Assembly (NCBI GenBank): GCA_965116495.1
Contig: OZ220696.1
Coordinates: 2,880,001 to 2,944,000, forward strand
Origin: Gammaproteobacteria bacterium
Lineage (GTDB): Bacteria; Pseudomonadota; Gammaproteobacteria; Eutrophobiales; Eutrophobiaceae
Reading direction: 5' to 3'
DNA length: 64,000 nt
Shown here: positions 54,850 to 64,000 of the stretch, piece by piece
Layout: every line of letters begins with the position of its first letter
How positions within the stretch are numbered: position 1 is the first letter of the stretch
Notes under the pieces: model-generated
Seen by the model: the letters and a program-made list of their open reading frames with translations, nothing else
What the model was told of the DNA's origin: nothing
Database searches by the model: none
Program-made: the position numbers and the translations under genes

Positions 54850-55020
54850 AGGGCTGTCTCAAAGTCGGTATACGCCCCGCTGTCATTCCGGGCTTGATCC
54901 GGAAACCAATGAAAACGTAATTTTTTATGCACAATGAATGATTGTTTGACGGGATTCCTGCTTGTGCAGGAATGACGGGTGGGAGATTTGAAAGCGGGTA
55001 ATGACTTTAAAGATGACCCT
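54850..55020. mobile_element. Degenerate MITE-like element enclosing a CGTC-type REP doublet
   Basis: Imperfect outer IR AGGGCTGTCTCAAAGTC / GACTTTAAAGATGACCCT; inner TGTCATTCCGGGCTTGATCCGGAAACC (54881-54907) and GGATTCCTGCTTGTGCAGGAATGACG (54952-54977). Confidence 0.6.
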
Positions 55021-55062
55021 GTGCGGTGGGGCTAACAGGTTGACATCGACGGATATAAGTGC

Positions 55063-55545
55063 ATGATCCGTGAACTGAAAGCCTCGCAGGATCAAGGGCG
55101 TACATTTGTGATTGCGCCGAACCAGTCAATGTCGTGGAAGGAATTGCTCTGGGCATACTGCGGTATAGCGGGAGTTTCCCTCGCTATTGCGGGTTACTTC
55201 TGGGTCCATGGACTGACCCTGGTATTGCCGTTTTCAGGCCTGGAATTGCTGGCCCTGGGCGCGGCGCTCTATATAACCGCCTGGCGCGGCGGCGCGCGGG
55301 AGGTTATCACGATTACTGACGATTCCGTATACGTGGAGACGGGCCGCACCAGCCCGGAGCAGCGTCATGACTTCCAGAGATACTGGACGAAAGTCGTGTT
55401 GCGGTGCTCCTGGGTTGCCTGGCATCCGAGTAAGCTGCTGTTATGTTCCCGCGGCCGCGAAATCGAGGTGGGCCGGTTTCTCAATGAACAGGAGCGCAGG
55501 GGGTTGGCACAGGTTTTACGATCTGCAATTAAACACTATGCTTGA
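55063..55545 (+). CDS. DUF2244 membrane protein
   Basis: PNQSMSW, VLPFSGLE, EVGRFLNEQER; common upstream of cox genes. Confidence 0.85.
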   Translation: MIRELKASQDQGRTFVIAPNQSMSWKELLWAYCGIAGVSLAIAGYFWVHGLTLVLPFSGLELLALGAALYITAWRGGAREVITITDDSVYVETGRTSPEQRHDFQRYWTKVVLRCSWVAWHPSKLLLCSRGREIEVGRFLNEQERRGLAQVLRSAIKHYA

Positions 55546-55590
55546 TGGTACGGAGCATCAGATGAAAACAATGACGCTGAGGAAAACAGC

Positions 55591-56730
55591 ATGTCTGCTA
55601 GAAAATTGAAACTTTTTGCGGGGGGGGTTATTTCCCTGCTGTTATTGGCAATACAGCCGGCCTGGGCCGAGTACGGTCTGAACCTGCCGGAGGGCGTGAC
55701 CCCGATCAGCCGTAACATATACGACCTGCACATGACGATCTTCTATATCTGCTGCGTCATAGCAGCAGTGGTCTTCGGCGTCATGTTCTGGTCTATCTTC
55801 TACCACAGGAAATCACGGGGCGCCAAGGCTGCCCAGTTTCACCACAACACCACCGTGGAGATCGTCTGGACGGCCATCCCGATGCTCATCCTCATCCTTA
55901 TGGCCATTCCCGCCACCAAGTCCCTGATCCTGATTGAATCCACCGGCGATTCAGACATTACCATCAAGATCACCGGCCACCAGTGGCGCTGGCAATACGA
56001 GTATATAGAAGAAGATTTCAGTTTTTTCAGTTCGCTGGCGCCGGACAGCAACGAGGCCAGACAGCTCAGGTCGGGAGTAGACCCCGCCACCATAGACAAT
56101 TATCTGCTTGAGGTGGACAATCCCGTGGTCGTTCCGGTCGGGTATAAAATCCGTTTCATGACCACGGCCGCTGACGTCATCCACTCCTGGTGGGTGCCGG
56201 CCCTGGGCTGGAAGCGCGATTCCATCCCGGGGTTTATCAACGAATCCTGGGCCATCATCGAAGAGGAAGGCACTTACCGCGGGCAATGTGCGGAACTGTG
56301 CGGGCGCGACCACGCCTTCATGCCGATCGTCCTGAAAGCCGTCAGCGAAGATGAATACTATGATTGGGCGGGAAACATGATGGTGGCGGCCATGGATGCT
56401 GAAGCCGGCGCCGACCGCGAGTGGGGGATGGATGAATTACTGGAGCGCGGCGAGCAGGTGTACAGTACGTTTTGCGTCGCCTGTCACCAGGTTAACGGGA
56501 TGGGTATCCCGGGCGCATTCAAACCCCTGGTCGGCAGTCCCGTCACCACGGGGCCGGTGGAAGCACATATCGACACGGTAATGAACGGGGTGCCGGGCAC
56601 GGCAATGGCGCCGTTCGGCATGCAACTGAATGATGTGGATATCGCTGCGGTCATCACCTACGAGCGCAACTCCTGGGGCAATGACATGGGAGATGTGGTC
56701 CAGCCGTCAACGATTGCGGCCAAACGTTAA
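55591..56730 (+). CDS. coxB: Cytochrome c oxidase subunit II with fused cytochrome c
   Basis: DVIHSW, CuA motif CAELCGRDHAFM, C-terminal CVACH. Confidence 0.97.
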   Translation: MSARKLKLFAGGVISLLLLAIQPAWAEYGLNLPEGVTPISRNIYDLHMTIFYICCVIAAVVFGVMFWSIFYHRKSRGAKAAQFHHNTTVEIVWTAIPMLILILMAIPATKSLILIESTGDSDITIKITGHQWRWQYEYIEEDFSFFSSLAPDSNEARQLRSGVDPATIDNYLLEVDNPVVVPVGYKIRFMTTAADVIHSWWVPALGWKRDSIPGFINESWAIIEEEGTYRGQCAELCGRDHAFMPIVLKAVSEDEYYDWAGNMMVAAMDAEAGADREWGMDELLERGEQVYSTFCVACHQVNGMGIPGAFKPLVGSPVTTGPVEAHIDTVMNGVPGTAMAPFGMQLNDVDIAAVITYERNSWGNDMGDVVQPSTIAAKR

Positions 56731-56772
56731 GACAGTGCGAACCGAGAACAGAGAGTAACCGAGGGTAACAGT

Positions 56773-58374
56773 ATGAGCTACGGAACAACCCATGAAGATC
56801 ACCATGATGATCACGATCACAAGCCGACCGGCCTGGGCCGCTGGCTTTTTTCAACCAACCATAAGGACATCGGCACCATGTACCTGGTATTTGCCCTGAT
56901 CATGTTCTTTGTGGGCGGCGCCATGGCCATGGTGATACGCGCGGAGCTGTTCCAGCCGGGCCTGCAATACGTGGACCCGCAGTTTTTCAACGCCATGACG
57001 ACCATGCACGCCCTGGTCATGATATTCGGCGTGGTGATGCCCGCCGGGGTGGGGCTGGCCAACTGGATGGTGCCCATGATGATCGGCGCGCCGGACATGG
57101 CCTTGCCGCGCATGAACAACATGAGCTTCTGGATCCTGCCGTTTGCCTTTACCATGCTGCTGGCGACTTTCTTCATGGAAGGCGGCGCGCCGGCGGGCGG
57201 CTGGACCATGTACCCGCCCCTTATCACGCAGCTTGGCGACGGCTTCCCGTTCCTGATTTTTACCGTACATTTCCTCGGCATCTCTTCCATCATGGGCGCG
57301 ATTAATATCATCGCTACCGTGTTCAACATGCGCGCCCCGGGCATGGGTTTCATGCAGTTGCCGCTGTTCGTATGGACCTGGATTGTCACCGCGTTCCTGC
57401 TCATTGCGTCCATGCCGGTGCTGGCCGGCGCGGTGACCATGTTGTTGACGGACAAGTATTTCGGCACCAGCTTTTTCGTTGCGGCCGGTGGCGGCGACCC
57501 GGTTATGTTCCAGCATATTTTCTGGTTCTTCGGCCATCCCGAAGTGTATATCCTGATCCTGCCGGCGTTTGGCATCGTCTCGCAGATCATCCCGACGTTT
57601 TCCCGCAAGCCCCTGTTCGGATATGAATCCATGGTTTATGCCACCGCGGCCATCGCTTTCCTGTCGTTTTTCGTGTGGGCGCACCACATGTTCACTGTGG
57701 GCATGCCCCTGGCCGGCGAGTTGTTTTTCATGTATGCGACCATGTCTATAGCGGTGCCGACCGGGGTCAAGGTTTTCAACTGGATTGCCACCATGTGGCG
57801 CGGCTCAATGACGTTCGAAACCCCGATGCTGTTCGCGCTGGCATTCGTGATCCTGTTCTCGATCGGCGGGTTTTCCGGGCTCATGCTGGGCATTACCCCC
57901 GCCGACTTCCAGTACCATGACACCTATTTTGTGGTTGCCCACTTTCATTACGTGCTGGTCACCGGCGCCATCTTTGCCCTGATGGCGGGCGCGTATTTCT
58001 GGATTCCCAAGTGGACCGGCCACATGTATGACGAGAAACTGGGGCAGCTCCATTTCTGGCTCTCCACCATCTCGGTCAACGTGCTGTTTTTCCCGCAGCA
58101 TTTCGTAGGACTGGCCGGCATGCCGCGCCGCATCCCGGATTACGCGGTCCAGTTTACCGAATGGAACATGATTTCCAGCATCGGCGGGTTTGCTTTCGGT
58201 CTCAGCCAGTTGTTGTTCGTCTGGGTTGTCATCAAGTGCGTACGCGAGGGCAAGGCCGCGAGCGAGCAGGTATGGGAAGGCGCGCGCGGGCTGGAGTGGA
58301 CCCTGCCCTCACCGCCGCCGTTCCACACGTTTACCGTCCCGCCGAAAGTGGATGCGGCGACCGCCCATTCGTAG
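56773..58374 (+). CDS. coxA: Cytochrome c oxidase subunit I (type A1)
   Basis: WFFGHPEVY, WAHHM, VVAHFHY. Confidence 0.98.
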   Translation: MSYGTTHEDHHDDHDHKPTGLGRWLFSTNHKDIGTMYLVFALIMFFVGGAMAMVIRAELFQPGLQYVDPQFFNAMTTMHALVMIFGVVMPAGVGLANWMVPMMIGAPDMALPRMNNMSFWILPFAFTMLLATFFMEGGAPAGGWTMYPPLITQLGDGFPFLIFTVHFLGISSIMGAINIIATVFNMRAPGMGFMQLPLFVWTWIVTAFLLIASMPVLAGAVTMLLTDKYFGTSFFVAAGGGDPVMFQHIFWFFGHPEVYILILPAFGIVSQIIPTFSRKPLFGYESMVYATAAIAFLSFFVWAHHMFTVGMPLAGELFFMYATMSIAVPTGVKVFNWIATMWRGSMTFETPMLFALAFVILFSIGGFSGLMLGITPADFQYHDTYFVVAHFHYVLVTGAIFALMAGAYFWIPKWTGHMYDEKLGQLHFWLSTISVNVLFFPQHFVGLAGMPRRIPDYAVQFTEWNMISSIGGFAFGLSQLLFVWVVIKCVREGKAASEQVWEGARGLEWTLPSPPPFHTFTVPPKVDAATAHS

Positions 58375-58383
58375 CACACGCGT

Positions 58384-58515
58384 GTGGACAGGGAACCGGA
58401 AACAGATGAGCGCGAGTTTATCGCCCGCCGCCGCAAGGCCAATATCCGTCTGGCCATATGCCTGGCGCTGGCCGCGGTCGCGGTCTATTTCGGCTTCATA
58501 CTGAGCTATCTATAG
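58384..58515 (+). CDS. Small membrane protein of the cox operon (43 aa; not in the ORF track)
   Basis: GTG start; MDREPETDEREFIARRRKANIRLAICLALAAVAVYFGFILSYL fills the coxA-ctaG gap. Confidence 0.7.
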   Translation: MDREPETDEREFIARRRKANIRLAICLALAAVAVYFGFILSYL

Positions 58516-58519
58516 CCCG

Positions 58520-59080
58520 ATGATAGATAAAAACGTTAACAGGACCGTGTACAAGCTGCTGCTGGTGACGGCGGGGATGTTCGCCTTCGGCTATGCCCTG
58601 GTGCCGCTCTACCGGGTTTACTGCGACCTTACCGGGCGCGGCAGCACCACCGCCGCGAGCGAGAGCGTGATACGGGCGGGTGACGTCGATGAGGAACGGC
58701 TGGTGACGGTCGTTTTCGATACCAATACCCGGGACATTCCCTGGAACTTCAAGGCGGAACAGCACAAGACCAGGATTCGCCCCGGGGAGTTGTCCGAGGC
58801 CGTGTTCCTGGTTGAAAACCGCTCCGGCAGGACCGTAACGGGGCGCGCGATCCCCAGTGTGTCGCCGGTACAGGCGGGCATCTATGTGAGCAAGATGGAT
58901 TGTTTCTGCTTTTCCGAACAGGTCCTGGCCCCCGGTGAGACCAGGGAGATGCCGGTGCGGTTCATTGTCGATACCGATCTGCCGGAACGGTTCTCCTCGT
59001 TGACGCTGTCATATACCTTCTTTGACATCGGGGACAACGGGGCAGGCGCCCCGAAGCAGACGCAAAAAGCCAACTCCTGA
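58520..59080 (+). CDS. ctaG: Cytochrome c oxidase copper chaperone CtaG/Cox11
   Basis: FGYALVPLYRVYC, KMDCFCF, LTLSYTFF. Confidence 0.95.
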   Translation: MIDKNVNRTVYKLLLVTAGMFAFGYALVPLYRVYCDLTGRGSTTAASESVIRAGDVDEERLVTVVFDTNTRDIPWNFKAEQHKTRIRPGELSEAVFLVENRSGRTVTGRAIPSVSPVQAGIYVSKMDCFCFSEQVLAPGETREMPVRFIVDTDLPERFSSLTLSYTFFDIGDNGAGAPKQTQKANS

Positions 59081-59116
59081 TAACGAATAATGGTGAAATA
59101 ATTTCGAGGAATACTC

Positions 59117-60031
59117 ATGTCAAATTCGCAAGACACGTATTTTATCCCTGAGCCGAGCAGGTGGCCGGTATTGTTTTCCCTGGCCCTGTTTATTGCCTTT
59201 TGCGGCACGGCATTCATGTTTAACCAGTACCTTGCCACCGGCGCGATGCCCGGCTTCGGTTCGCACCTGTTGCTGCTGGGGTTTGTCGGTGTTTTCGTCA
59301 TGTTTTTCGTCTGGTTCAGGGATGTGATAGATGAAAGCATCAGCGGCGCCTACAACACCCAGGTGGATATCAGTTTCCGCTGGGGCATGGCCTGGTTCAT
59401 ATTTTCCGAAGTAATGTTCTTCGCCGCGTTCTTCGGCGCCCTGTTCTATGCCCGCATCTATTCCGTGCCCTGGCTCGGCGGGGAAGGCGCCGGCGCGGCC
59501 ACCAACGAATTTCTCTGGCCGTCTTTTGACAACGTCTGGCCGCTGCTGGTGACCCCGGACATGACGGTAGAGGGGCTGTCCAGTAAATTCACGGAAATCA
59601 GGGAGATCATTCCCGCGTTCGGCATCCCCGCCCTCAATACCGTGATCCTGCTTTCCAGCGGCGCGACCGTTACCTTTGCCCACTGGGCGCTGAAGAAAAA
59701 CCAGCGTTCCGGGTTGTGCTGGTGGCTGTTTGCCACCGTGTTCCTGGGGTTCCTGTTCGTGGCATTACAGGCCGCCGAGTACATCCACGCCTACAATGAC
59801 CTGGGGCTGACCCTGAACTCCGGCATATACGGCTCGACGTTTTTCATGCTGACCGGCTTCCATGGATTTCACGTGACCATGGGCGCTACCATGTTGACCG
59901 TTATCCTGTTGCGCTCCATCAAGGGGCATTTCACCAAAGAAAATCACTTCGCCTTCGAGGCGGTTGCCTGGTACTGGCATTTTGTCGACGTGGTCTGGCT
60001 GGGCCTGTTCATTTTCGTGTACTGGTTGTAA
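59117..60031 (+). CDS. coxC: Cytochrome c oxidase subunit III
   Basis: WFIFSEVMFF, TGFHGFHV, WYWHFVDVVW. Confidence 0.97.
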   Translation: MSNSQDTYFIPEPSRWPVLFSLALFIAFCGTAFMFNQYLATGAMPGFGSHLLLLGFVGVFVMFFVWFRDVIDESISGAYNTQVDISFRWGMAWFIFSEVMFFAAFFGALFYARIYSVPWLGGEGAGAATNEFLWPSFDNVWPLLVTPDMTVEGLSSKFTEIREIIPAFGIPALNTVILLSSGATVTFAHWALKKNQRSGLCWWLFATVFLGFLFVALQAAEYIHAYNDLGLTLNSGIYGSTFFMLTGFHGFHVTMGATMLTVILLRSIKGHFTKENHFAFEAVAWYWHFVDVVWLGLFIFVYWL

Positions 60032-60097
60032 CGCCTGCACCCGGGTACAGGTACGGCCGCGGCCGGGCCGGGCGCGCCGGCGAGCAGTCATCGAAGC

Positions 60098-60343
60098 TCA
60101 GGGTAATGTTCCGGAAGGGGCCGTCGGATTAATGCCGTGGGGCGTGATCAGCCCGGCCGAGAAACCGATAAACAGGAGGATAAACAGGGCGATGGACAAA
60201 ACGATCCTGAGCGTAAGTGATTTTACCGTTCGGTCACTTTTCCCCTTGTCCCGGATCAGGAAAATCAGGCCTGACGCCAGTGAGATCAGGATGATTACCA
60301 GGAGTATGACGACAACTATTTTAAATATGGCCGGGCCGCTCAT
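60098..60343 (-). CDS. Twin-transmembrane small protein (DUF2909-like)
   Basis: SLASGLIFL..KSLTLRIVLS..GLITPH; usual antisense position between coxC and SURF1. Confidence 0.85.
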   Translation of the reverse strand: MSGPAIFKIVVVILLVIILISLASGLIFLIRDKGKSDRTVKSLTLRIVLSIALFILLFIGFSAGLITPHGINPTAPSGTLP

Positions 60344-60418
60344 GTGCGTGTGTTCGTGGTTGACCGCCAGTATATCCTGTTTTCACGGCCTGCGGTCACC
60401 GATTTCCCCGCCTGACTG

Positions 60419-61156
60419 ATGCCTCGTCAATTCAAGCCCGGGCTGTGGCCCACCCTGGCGACCGTCGCGATGCTGGCGCTGCTCATCAGGCTGGGTTTCT
60501 GGCAACTGCAGCGCGCTGATGAAAAACAGGCATTACAGCAGCGTTACCAGGCACAGGTGAATGCGCATCCCGTAGACCTGGGACAGGTTCCCGGTCTGCG
60601 CGGCCAGGCGCAGCAGATGCACTGGAGGAGATGCCGGCTGGCAGGGGCCTATGACCCCCGGACCACCTACTTGCTGGACAACCAGGTAATGCGCGGGGTC
60701 GTCGGCTACCAGGTGTTCACCCGCTTCGTGCTTGAAGACGGCGCATCCGTGCTGGTGGACCGCGGCTGGATTGCGGCGCCCGGGACCAGGGACGAGGCGC
60801 CGCTGATAAACACGGGCAGCGAACCGGCGGCCCTGACGGGCGTGGCAAAACCCGAGCCGGTCACCGGGATACAACTGGCGGATGACGTTGCCGAAAGCCT
60901 GGGAGACAACATCACGCGAGTGCAGCGCATCGACCTGGCGCAAATCGCCGCGCAGAACGGATGGTCCTTGCTGCCCTACATAGTGCGCCTGGATGCGGAT
61001 GCTGCGGGCGTGCTGACCTGGAACGGCTCAGCGCCCGGCTTCCGCAGGGAGCGGCACCTGGGCTACGCCTTTCAGTGGTTTGCCCTGGCAGCCACATTGC
61101 TGGTAATTTACCTGGTGGTAAACCTGAGAAAACGAACGGGTGCGGGGAACGACTGA
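60419..61156 (+). CDS. SURF1 family protein
   Basis: LGFWQLQRA, LVDRGW, HLGYAFQWF. Confidence 0.93.
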   Translation: MPRQFKPGLWPTLATVAMLALLIRLGFWQLQRADEKQALQQRYQAQVNAHPVDLGQVPGLRGQAQQMHWRRCRLAGAYDPRTTYLLDNQVMRGVVGYQVFTRFVLEDGASVLVDRGWIAAPGTRDEAPLINTGSEPAALTGVAKPEPVTGIQLADDVAESLGDNITRVQRIDLAQIAAQNGWSLLPYIVRLDADAAGVLTWNGSAPGFRRERHLGYAFQWFALAATLLVIYLVVNLRKRTGAGND

Positions 61157-61162
61157 AACGCA

Positions 61163-61762
61163 ATGACAAGAAAACAGGCAATGTTGATCCTGTTGCTGGC
61201 GGCGTTTGCGCTGCCGCCGCTGTTGTCCTGGGTACTGTTCAATTACACGGAACTGGGCAGGGGAGCGGCCAGCGGCGAACACGGAACCCTGATCGTCCCG
61301 CCCCGGCCCGTACCCGACTGGACCGTAATTGACATGACCGGAGCAACCCGGGCGGAAAAACCCTTGCACGGCAAGTGGACCCTGGTCTACCTGTTGCGCG
61401 GACAGTGCCGGGAAACCTGTCTCGGCAACCTCTACAGGATGCGTCAACTGCGGCTCGCAACAGGCAAATACGCCCAGCGCGTACAACGCCTCGTGCTGGT
61501 CGTCGACAACGACCGGCAAGCACTGACGCCAGAACAGTTGCTGGACTATCCCGGCCAGCTGGTACGCTTCCCGGAGTCCATGGGTAACGGCACGCTGGAG
61601 TCCTTGTTCAGACTCGGGGCTGACGACCACCCGTTCAATCAGGAACGCCTGTACCTTATCGATCCACTGGGCAACCTGATGATGAGCTATGCCGCGGACA
61701 CGGCGCCAAGCGGGATTATCAAGGATTTAAAACGGTTACTGAAGTACTCACGGATTGGATGA
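61163..61762 (+). CDS. SCO/thioredoxin-like oxidase assembly protein
   Basis: TM anchor, CRETC (CxxxC), YLIDPLGNLMM, DLKRLLKYSRIG. Confidence 0.8.
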   Translation: MTRKQAMLILLLAAFALPPLLSWVLFNYTELGRGAASGEHGTLIVPPRPVPDWTVIDMTGATRAEKPLHGKWTLVYLLRGQCRETCLGNLYRMRQLRLATGKYAQRVQRLVLVVDNDRQALTPEQLLDYPGQLVRFPESMGNGTLESLFRLGADDHPFNQERLYLIDPLGNLMMSYAADTAPSGIIKDLKRLLKYSRIG

Positions 61763-62754
61763 AAAGCATTCCCCGCGCGTTCCTGACGCTCACCGTCGTC
61801 TCCTTTCTGCTGGCATTTTGCGTGGTTATCCTGGGTGCTTATGTGCGCCTGTCTGATGCCGGTTTGGGCTGCCCGGACTGGCCCGGTTGTTACGGGAAAC
61901 TGTTTGTTACGGCAGATATACAGGTTACTGCTGTGGAGCAGGCGCAACAGGTGCGGCCGTTTAACAGGGATAAAGCCGTGAAGGAAATGGTTCACCGTTA
62001 TAGCGCCGGGATATTGGGCATGCTGGTGTTACTGTTAACCTTAGTTGCCTGGCGTCAAGGGCACAGGGAAAAAACCACCTGCAGTATATTGCTCGGCCTT
62101 GTTGCAGTGCAGGCGTTACTGGGGATGTGGACGGTAACCGAGTTGCTCAAACCCCTTATCGTTGCCGCGCATCTGCTGGGGGGAATATTGATCCTGGGCC
62201 TGCTTTACTGGCTCATACTCAGGCAATTGCCGCGCCCCGCCGCGCGCGCCGGGCAACGATCCCGGCTGGACCGGCTGGTGCTTGCAGGACTGGTCGTTGT
62301 CGCCCTGCAGATATTCTCCGGCGGCTGGACCAGCGCTAATTATGCCGCGCTGGCGTGTCCGGAATTTCCTTCCTGCCGGGACGGGCTGTGGTGGCCCGAG
62401 ACGGATTTCAGGGAGGCGTTTGTTATCTGGCGTGAAGGCCGGCTTGATTATGAAGGCGGAATACTGGACGCGCCGGCGCGCACGGCGATACACCTGACTC
62501 ACAGGCTGGGGGCCGGGCTGACTTTTCTGGTTCTGCTGTACGTGGCGATCAATGCCCTGGGCCGTACCGAACCGGCTGTGCGCCTGACTGCAATCGTCCT
62601 GTTGTGTATCCTGTGCTTACAGGTTTCCCTGGGAATTACCAATGTGCTGTTGCGCCTGCCCCTGCCCGTTGCCGTGGCGCATAATTCCGTTGCCGCGCTG
62701 TTGGTGTTATCATTATTGACCTTGTACCGGCACGCACAGGACCGGCTGAATTGA
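61759..62754 (+). CDS. ctaA: Heme A synthase COX15/CtaA
   Basis: GLGCPDWPGC, EMVHRY, HLLGG, HRLGA, AHN. Confidence 0.93.
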   Translation: MKSIPRAFLTLTVVSFLLAFCVVILGAYVRLSDAGLGCPDWPGCYGKLFVTADIQVTAVEQAQQVRPFNRDKAVKEMVHRYSAGILGMLVLLLTLVAWRQGHREKTTCSILLGLVAVQALLGMWTVTELLKPLIVAAHLLGGILILGLLYWLILRQLPRPAARAGQRSRLDRLVLAGLVVVALQIFSGGWTSANYAALACPEFPSCRDGLWWPETDFREAFVIWREGRLDYEGGILDAPARTAIHLTHRLGAGLTFLVLLYVAINALGRTEPAVRLTAIVLLCILCLQVSLGITNVLLRLPLPVAVAHNSVAALLVLSLLTLYRHAQDRLN

Positions 62755-62920
62755 GGCGACACTTCCACCGCGCTGACCCATGCACCTGATAGCAAAGATC
62801 CTTCGATGTTGATTAGTTATAGATATTTTCACGGGAAACATTGGTGCCCGACGGCTGTTTCGTACGGAGCGCGGGCAGGGGTGGAGCAGTCTGCGTATGG
62901 ACTGGTGAGACCGGGATAAC

Positions 62921-63814
62921 ATGACCGCGGTGTCGACTTCATGGCGGGATTACGCCGCATTATGCAAACCGAAAATAGTCAGTTTGATCATGTTCACCGC
63001 GCTGGTGGGTATGTTGCTGGCAACGCCAGGCCCGGTAGCGCTGCCCCTGCTTGTTTGCGCATTACTGGGTATCGGACTGGCTGCCGCATCCGCCGCGGCG
63101 ATAAATCATATCGTTGACCGGAAGGTCGATGCGATCATGGCGCGTACGTTGAAACGCCCGTTGCCGCGGGGCAATCTTTCCGCGCGCCAGGCGATCCTGT
63201 TCGCTGCCGCCCTCTGTGTAATCTCCATGGTGATCCTCGGTGTTTACGTGAATGCCTTGACGGCGCTGCTGACCTTTGTCTCGCTGATAGGTTACGGGGT
63301 GATCTACTCCATGTTTTTAAAGCGCGCAACCCCGCAGAATATCGTGATCGGCGGTGCTGCCGGCGCCGCTCCGCCGGTGCTTGGCTGGACTGCCGTAAGC
63401 AACAGCCTGGAGCCCCATGCATTGCTGCTGTTCCTGATTATCTTTGCCTGGACGCCGCCGCATTTCTGGGCGTTGGCCATAGTCAGACGCAAGGACTACC
63501 AGGATGCGGACATCCCCATGCTGCCGGTTACCCATGGCCTCGATTTCACGCGCTTGCATATATTGTTATATACGCTGCTCCTGTTCATTGTCACCCTGTT
63601 GCCGTATCTCACCGGCATGAGCGGCATCACCTACCTGTTCGGCGCACTGGCCCTGGGCGGCGGATTTCTCTACTTCACGGTGAAACTGCTGCGAACGGAG
63701 GAAGAGGCTACCGCGCTGCACACCTTCAGCTATTCCATCTGGTATTTAATGGGACTCTTTGCCGTGTTGCTGGCAGACCACTACCTGCCCGTGATGGTAC
63801 GCCTGGCCTGGTAG
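62921..63814 (+). CDS. cyoE: Protoheme IX farnesyltransferase (heme O synthase)
   Basis: DRKVDAIMART..RPLP, NIVIGGAAGA, WTPPHFWAL. Confidence 0.96.
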   Translation: MTAVSTSWRDYAALCKPKIVSLIMFTALVGMLLATPGPVALPLLVCALLGIGLAAASAAAINHIVDRKVDAIMARTLKRPLPRGNLSARQAILFAAALCVISMVILGVYVNALTALLTFVSLIGYGVIYSMFLKRATPQNIVIGGAAGAAPPVLGWTAVSNSLEPHALLLFLIIFAWTPPHFWALAIVRRKDYQDADIPMLPVTHGLDFTRLHILLYTLLLFIVTLLPYLTGMSGITYLFGALALGGGFLYFTVKLLRTEEEATALHTFSYSIWYLMGLFAVLLADHYLPVMVRLAW

Positions 63815-63846
63815 GCCGGGCGCAGCCGTACGGCCATGGGGCCGGC

Positions 63847-64000
63847 TCAATCGGCGAAGGCGAGGCGCATTTTTTGCATTGCATTCAACTCAAGCTGGCG
63901 GATACGCTCCGCGGAGACGCCGTAGTCCGCCGCCAGGCTGTGCAGGGTGGCCTTGTCCTCATTTAACCAGCGTTGCCGGATAATTTCCTGGCTGCGTTTA
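63847..64000 (-). CDS. rpoH: RNA polymerase sigma-32 factor (3' end only)
   Basis: Manual translation [44 protein letters not shown], matching RpoH region 4. Confidence 0.85.
   Translation of the reverse strand, partial: KRSQEIIRQRWLNEDKATLHSLAADYGVSAERIRQLELNAMQKMRLAFAD

Noticed and set aside
62825-62840. parS-like ATTTTCACGGGAAACA between ctaA and cyoE
   Set aside because: 13/16 match with a broken central palindrome; could be chance

Overview
Core chromosomal segment of a GC-rich gammaproteobacterium; the gene order resembles Chromatiales/Thiotrichales-type organisms. From 1 to 44.8 kb almost all genes are on the minus strand: ptsI-HPr-ptsN-hpf-rpoN-lptBAC-kdsD, tol-pal, ruvABC, nadA, aspS, tRNA-Lys, bepA, maf-rsfS-nadD-proA-holA-lptE-leuS, comEA. 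From 45.3 kb onward almost all are on the plus strand: dnaN-recF-gyrB, bioBFCD, a caa3-type cytochrome c oxidase cluster, then the 3' end of rpoH on the minus strand. The most notable feature is the strand switch, which falls in an AT-rich gap upstream of dnaN; two parS palindromes lie in recF, yet dnaA is absent from the window and only degenerate DnaA boxes are visible. Accessory genes (two TonB-dependent receptors, an S9 peptidase, cytochrome b561) interrupt conserved gene order. Three of them end at or inside GGGG(A/T)CAG inverted-repeat elements, a family scattered through the window alongside CGTC-type REP doublets. A PPi-PFK/H+-PPase pair is followed in frame by an unknown ORF, and several usual operon members (kdsC, hprK/rapZ, amgK, rlmH, bioH) are cleanly missing. 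No transposase, integrase, CRISPR array or rRNA was seen. All calls come from reading the sequence by eye; no database searches were run.
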